From the NCBI RefSeq assembly GCF_964204645.1, contig NC_134036.1, forward strand, positions 3,410,001 through 3,474,000: a stretch of 64,000 nt of DNA, given 5' to 3'. The stretch comes from Tubulanus polymorphus. Its lineage: Eukaryota > Animalia > Nemertea. Each line of letters opens with the position of its first letter. Positions within the stretch are counted from its first letter, which is position 1. A program made the translations under genes and the position numbers. Shown here piece by piece: positions 59,186-64,000 of this stretch. A model generated the notes under the pieces. The model made no database searches. It was not told where the DNA came from and worked only from the letters and a program-made list of their open reading frames with translations.

Positions 59186-60437
59186 GGACCCTGCGTCAAT
59201 AAAACAAGAACTCGCAAGACCGATATACCTAAACAGGCCACCATTCTGATCTTAATCCAGTTTTTTGAAGGAACCCGTTTTATTTCGATAATACCGCGGC
59301 CACGTGCGCGCCGCCACGGAGCCGAGATGTTTTCATACCTATAAATTATTATTGTAGGCCCTCGAAACCGACGAAACGAAACCATATCGGCCGCAGATGG
59401 GAAAACATTTGAATTTGTTATTAAAGAACTTCAAAAGATCGAAAATAGACTAAGTAGCGAGTTGGCTGATCTAAACCAACACGCCCGAACCCCGTAGTAA
59501 AAAAACCCTGTCTCTCTCTTGAAGGATGCGTGCCCGGTGTAACGTATATCTTTACTATGATAACAAACGCATAACCTGGGCTCTTACGGCTTTCCCAATT
59601 TACAACAAGGCAATGTATCGATTAAGAAATAGAAATACAGGGATTTGTGGTAAAATTTGTCAAATTCCGTGAATTTATATATATATATACACACATATAC
59701 AGAAAATATGGAAAACTGAAAAGGAAACATCTGGTCGTTGATGAATGGGGGAAAAAGAGGTACTTGACTTGGTACAGGTGATAGTAGGATGTTCACGACA
59801 AGAGTACCCCTTCAATAGATACACACAACATACACACCACGTCATACATCGCAAGAAAAAAAAAAAATCTATATTCGAAAAACACAACTCCACGAAAAAA
59901 AAAATACTACCATTTTATGCGATATTTACGAGGAATTTATGACGCGGGCAATAAAATTTCAGATGAAATTCCCGTCGTCGAAGTATATACGGGCGCGAGT
60001 GGGCAAGCTGTTACCGCCTCGTCGGGCGGTTTGGAATAGGATCATAATTTTTTTATAGAAAGTAGTCGCCGTTGTTTGCGTCGTTTTAACTATGTAAATA
60101 TATTCAAATTCGCGACGAAATCATAATTCCTCGTTAATACCAATTCAGTCTTTAAAGCATACGGTTGATAGTGATAATTTTAATATGTACATTTTATACA
60201 AAGCGGGCAAAGTAGAAAAAATTAAAAACAATTCAGTCCGAGAGGTCAACTGCGAATTTGAGGTGTTCGAAGTCAATACCAGATCCCCAGATTTGTGGGA
60301 AAGACTCGAATGAAAAAATCCGATAATGGCCTGGTCAGTATTTACCTATTCAGTCAATAGACTTAAAAAAAGTAAACCAGAATCTAGAGACTTTTTTGCC
60401 CAGTTAGAAAGAATTAGAAAATTCGTCGCGCGTTTAC

Positions 60438-60470
60438 CTGTAACTGCGGAGGTCTCGAGAAATAAAACAT
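60438..60470 (-). CDS. TCF12: candidate alternative first coding exon of the E-protein (MFYFSRPPQLQ)
   Basis: gccATG context, CAG|gtaaac donor in phase 0 matching the VYSPS exon. Confidence 0.4.
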
Positions 60471-62269
60471 GGCAGAGTTTTATTTACAACAGAAATTTCA
60501 GTTTTTGCATCCACACTAATTCCCCTGATTGCGGAAAGCAGAATTCTCGAAGTTCGTCGGCGAAATTCTCTCGAAAAGTTCCTAAAAATCCTTTCTACGG
60601 CGATAACAAATTTTCTGGCGATCGTAAACTTGTGAAGTCTAAAATTTTCCCAAAGATGAATTCTTCAATTCAATTCACCTGCAGTGAAATCTCGAGTGCC
60701 CTGCGGGGAATGCCGGTGACTACTCTACAGGGGCCTACACACTCAACTATAATAGCCTATGTAAGAGTATCACTCAATTCTATAGAATTACAGCTAGGAT
60801 AATTAATCCTCAGCGGCCAGTGCGTACTTAGAACAATTGTGGAAGCTTTCGGAAGCGTGACGACCAGCGCGTGTGGACAGATGTTCCCGCTCGGGTAGTC
60901 TATTGTTCAAAACTCACGAGCTGTGAAAACCGCGTTTACCGCGACTACTAGTGATGATGGTCAATGGATCAGAGTTAATTACTCGAATGATTAACATACA
61001 AAATAGTGAATTTATCGAATTTTTTTTTCTCCGACTTTTCAGACAATCCAGATGAATTTACTCAAAGTCTTCTTCCACTTGTTACTAGTTTCGTGGTCAG
61101 ACGGCCATGAATCTAATGAATCTATCCGCAAATATACACTTGTATCCCAAACGAGAAGATCCTCCCGAAACTTGAGACAAATTTCGATGAATTTAAATTT
61201 CGCCAGCGTCGAAATCCCGGAAATGATCCCAGAAATTGTATCTCGACGAGTTCCTGGAAATCGACAAAAACGGTGTCGAATTTATCCGCCTAATTAGCCG
61301 TGAGAACTTGAGCACACACGAGCATGTGCACAGGTGGTGGCCCTGTAACTGTTGTTCGCTGCTCGGGGTCTTCGCAGATGTCTATAGTGAAATGGCATGT
61401 GTTCCGTTTTACCGGCAGGGGAAAAAAATTATTACGCGCACACACCCGCTCGCAACTTAGCATCTCCGGAAGGTACAGATGTCAATCCGGATTTCAACCA
61501 GCATATTCAAACAGTACCGGATAAAATCCGATAGAGTCACGCGAAATATTGTTCTAGTTAACCAAGAACGAATACCGTGGTAATATTTTGGTATTAATTG
61601 ACCCTATGTCTATTCATTGAAGCTTTTAAGCAAATGGCAATGGCATCAGAATTTACCGAGCTTTACGAGGTTAAGCAAGCGCAACTCGTTTACACTGGCC
61701 AATCTTTAAACACTTAAGCGTCATCAATTCAGAGTCCTTATCAATTTTCTGACGAAACCCATTTCCCTGTGAGGATGTTGCCTCAGCAATCGGACCACTT
61801 TACCCATTTTTCAATGGATATCAGTAGGAAAATAATATTAATTTTGACAGAATCGCCATCTTTGCCTGAAGCAAAGGGAGGAATTCGCATAAAATATTTT
61901 CTTCATCTATTTTCGACCGTCCAAAAACATGAAATCCAACATCTAAACTTTGATCTATCGGTAATCAGTGTTAGTGGGTCGTACATGTGCTCCACCCCGG
62001 ATATCTCGATCATCGCGAAGGATAACGTTATCAAATTTTTTGTAGGCCGATAATCTGCTAAACACTTGTCTCATACCCGTCTTTCTGAGCAGCAGCTAAC
62101 CGTATTACGCCTAGTCTAAACCTATATCGAATTCCGCACATGAATGGACTTTCTCAAAGCATAAAGCAGACATGGAACACGATTTTGGTGTTCTTAGATT
62201 CGAGTTCTCAGAAAATCGTCCGATGCTTCAGTCAATCTCAAGCACTATTCTCAAGCACTATATCAGAAA

Positions 62270-62782
62270 CAAGTTGAATTTTTTTTCAGAAACATTTCAT
62301 TGAAATATGAAAGAAAGTGTTCAAATTAATCAGTAATCAACAGTAAGACCCTCAGCAGTAACATCTTTGATATTTCTGTTCAAATTAATCAGTAATCAAC
62401 AGTAATACCCTTAGTAACGTCTTTGATATTTCTGTTCAAATTAATCAGTAATCAACAGTAAGACCCTCAGCAACATCTTTGATATTTCTGTTCAAATTAA
62501 TCAGTAATCAACAGTAAGACCCTCGGTAACATCTTTCATATTTCTGTTCAAATTAATCAGTAATCAACAGTAAGACCCTCAGCAACATCTTTAATATTTC
62601 TGTTCAAATTAATCAGTAATCAACAGTAAGACCCTCAGTGACATCTTTCATATTTCTGCTCAAATTAATCAGTAATCAACAGTAAGACCCTCAGTAACAT
62701 CTTTGATATTTCTGTACGCATCAAACAAATCACGTCTTACTCATAATTTCCAGGAGAAAATCAGGAACGGTTGGCAGCTCCG
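62270..62782. mobile_element. MITE-like element, family X copy 3, with internal ~56-bp unit amplified 7 times (62321-62715)
   Basis: Right end TCAGGAACGGTTGGCAGCTC; tandem TCAAATTAATCAGTAATCAACAGTAAGACCCTCAG..ACATCTTTGATATTTCTGT. Confidence 0.8.
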
Positions 62783-64000
62783 ACTATTGGGGCCAAATCA
62801 ACAAACCACGGACATGCGCCGAGTTGCATCGTTTTTAGAAAGTCGAGATCTTGTTCCGAGCTCATAACATCATCATCCTGGCGCTTCAGTCAACGACAAG
62901 AGACGTTTAATCAGCTTCGATATTTACCGAACTTTTATATCGAAAATTAGACTATTTGCGATCGTTTTGAATGCGACATGTGTGCGTTGAATGGGTGATG
63001 TTTGCCGTCAAGGCAGCCGTTCAGTCGGTCCTGTTGTCAGACCGCGAGTTGTCTCAAATATCCGACCCTCTCTTTTATCGCACGTGTATTGAACAACTCA
63101 AACTCTCCCGCGTGCGCCAATATCATTGTTAAGTATAACTGTTGAATATGAAAGAATTAAATTTCAAGCCGCGAGTTCAATTTACATCTCTACAAACAAG
63201 CAAAGCATTGACACATTGGTTACGCTAACCTCTGTGTCCTGGGGTCCATAGATGGCTTTTGTCTAAGGAATTTAGATAATGCTTCGATGGTACATGATAA
63301 AATCTATCAAATTGAGATTACCCTGATTTTTTTTCCCTAGATTTTTTCCGAATTCCTGAGTTTTCCTCGCTTTTATGGTCAGTGACAACCTCGATGAGGG
63401 TTTGAACCAAATGACATTTTACACATTCGCACTCGCTAGAAAACTATGCACAAAATAAGACTCGTCCTAACTCGAGGATGCTACAGTACAATATCTCGCC
63501 CTCTAATAAAGCTAAAGAGGATCTACGCAAAGTTATCTGAAGGGCGGGAAAGAGTTTATGATATAAAGATTCATATACGGTACTTAGGATTCCAAAGAGA
63601 TGAAAAAAACAAAAACAACCCCGCCTACCTGTCAATCAACCCACCTTTCCGTCTCCGTCTGCCCACCGCGTTTTATACGTAACGAAAACATTAATTCAAG
63701 CGGATCTTCCCTCGTTCGCGAGCGCGCCGCGATCTCTCGCAAGAAGAGATGTTATCATAAGAAATATCGCGATATTCACAAAACAAACACCCGCGCCGAG
63801 GGCGCCGAGACACTCGACGAGGCGTAACGCAAACCCGGGCGCACGCGCACGCGCGCCAGAGCAAACGAAAAACACGAAACGGGCAACGAAGAAACCCGAA
63901 CAGGTAAAACGTATGAAACACACCTGTCTCAATAGGTACGAATCAACGTACGTAAACACCGGCGTGTTATTATTAGGTAATGAGTCTCAGTCTCTCCGGT

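Noticed and set aside
53794-59385. Intronic ORFs (poly-Pro 53794-54144, MADRRY 57798-58217, MVSFRR 59107-59385) as E-protein first exons
   Set aside because: Wrong strand or no phase-0 donor compatible with the VYSPS exon; the canonical AD1-encoding 5' exons were not found in the window.
41457-62715. Regular repeat arrays considered as CRISPR-like
   Set aside because: Head-to-tail units without unique spacers, eukaryotic context, no cas genes.

Overview
Eukaryotic (animal, probably protostome/lophotrochozoan - inference) genomic DNA with three intron-containing genes in tandem on the minus strand. (1) A ~532-aa protein with six C2H2 zinc fingers in three pairs (4354->1832). (2) A complete 13-exon Kuzbanian-type ADAM10 (29972->7229, ~1153 aa). 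It has a ~390-aa low-complexity prodomain insertion, a U12-type AT-AC intron (8899-9138) and a GC-AG intron (7487-7944). (3) The 3' part of the E-protein gene (daughterless/TCF3-4-12; 52403->35978), whose 5' exons lie beyond the window or in alternative first exons. The most striking system is in the E-protein gene: two tandem, phase-matched, mutually exclusive helix-loop-helix exons (38379-38578 and 37970-38115) follow a shared basic-region exon. A perfect 15-bp long-range intronic complement (39302-39316 with 38187-38201) could loop out the first exon, and a local stem could sterically block splicing of the two exons to each other. The gene also carries candidate microexons, candidate alternative first exons and dense E-box clusters in its own intron. 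Introns contain a LINE RT relic, MITE-like elements (one has spawned a tandem array), several minisatellites and microsatellites. All exon boundaries were deduced by hand from splice signals and phase continuity; no searches were run.
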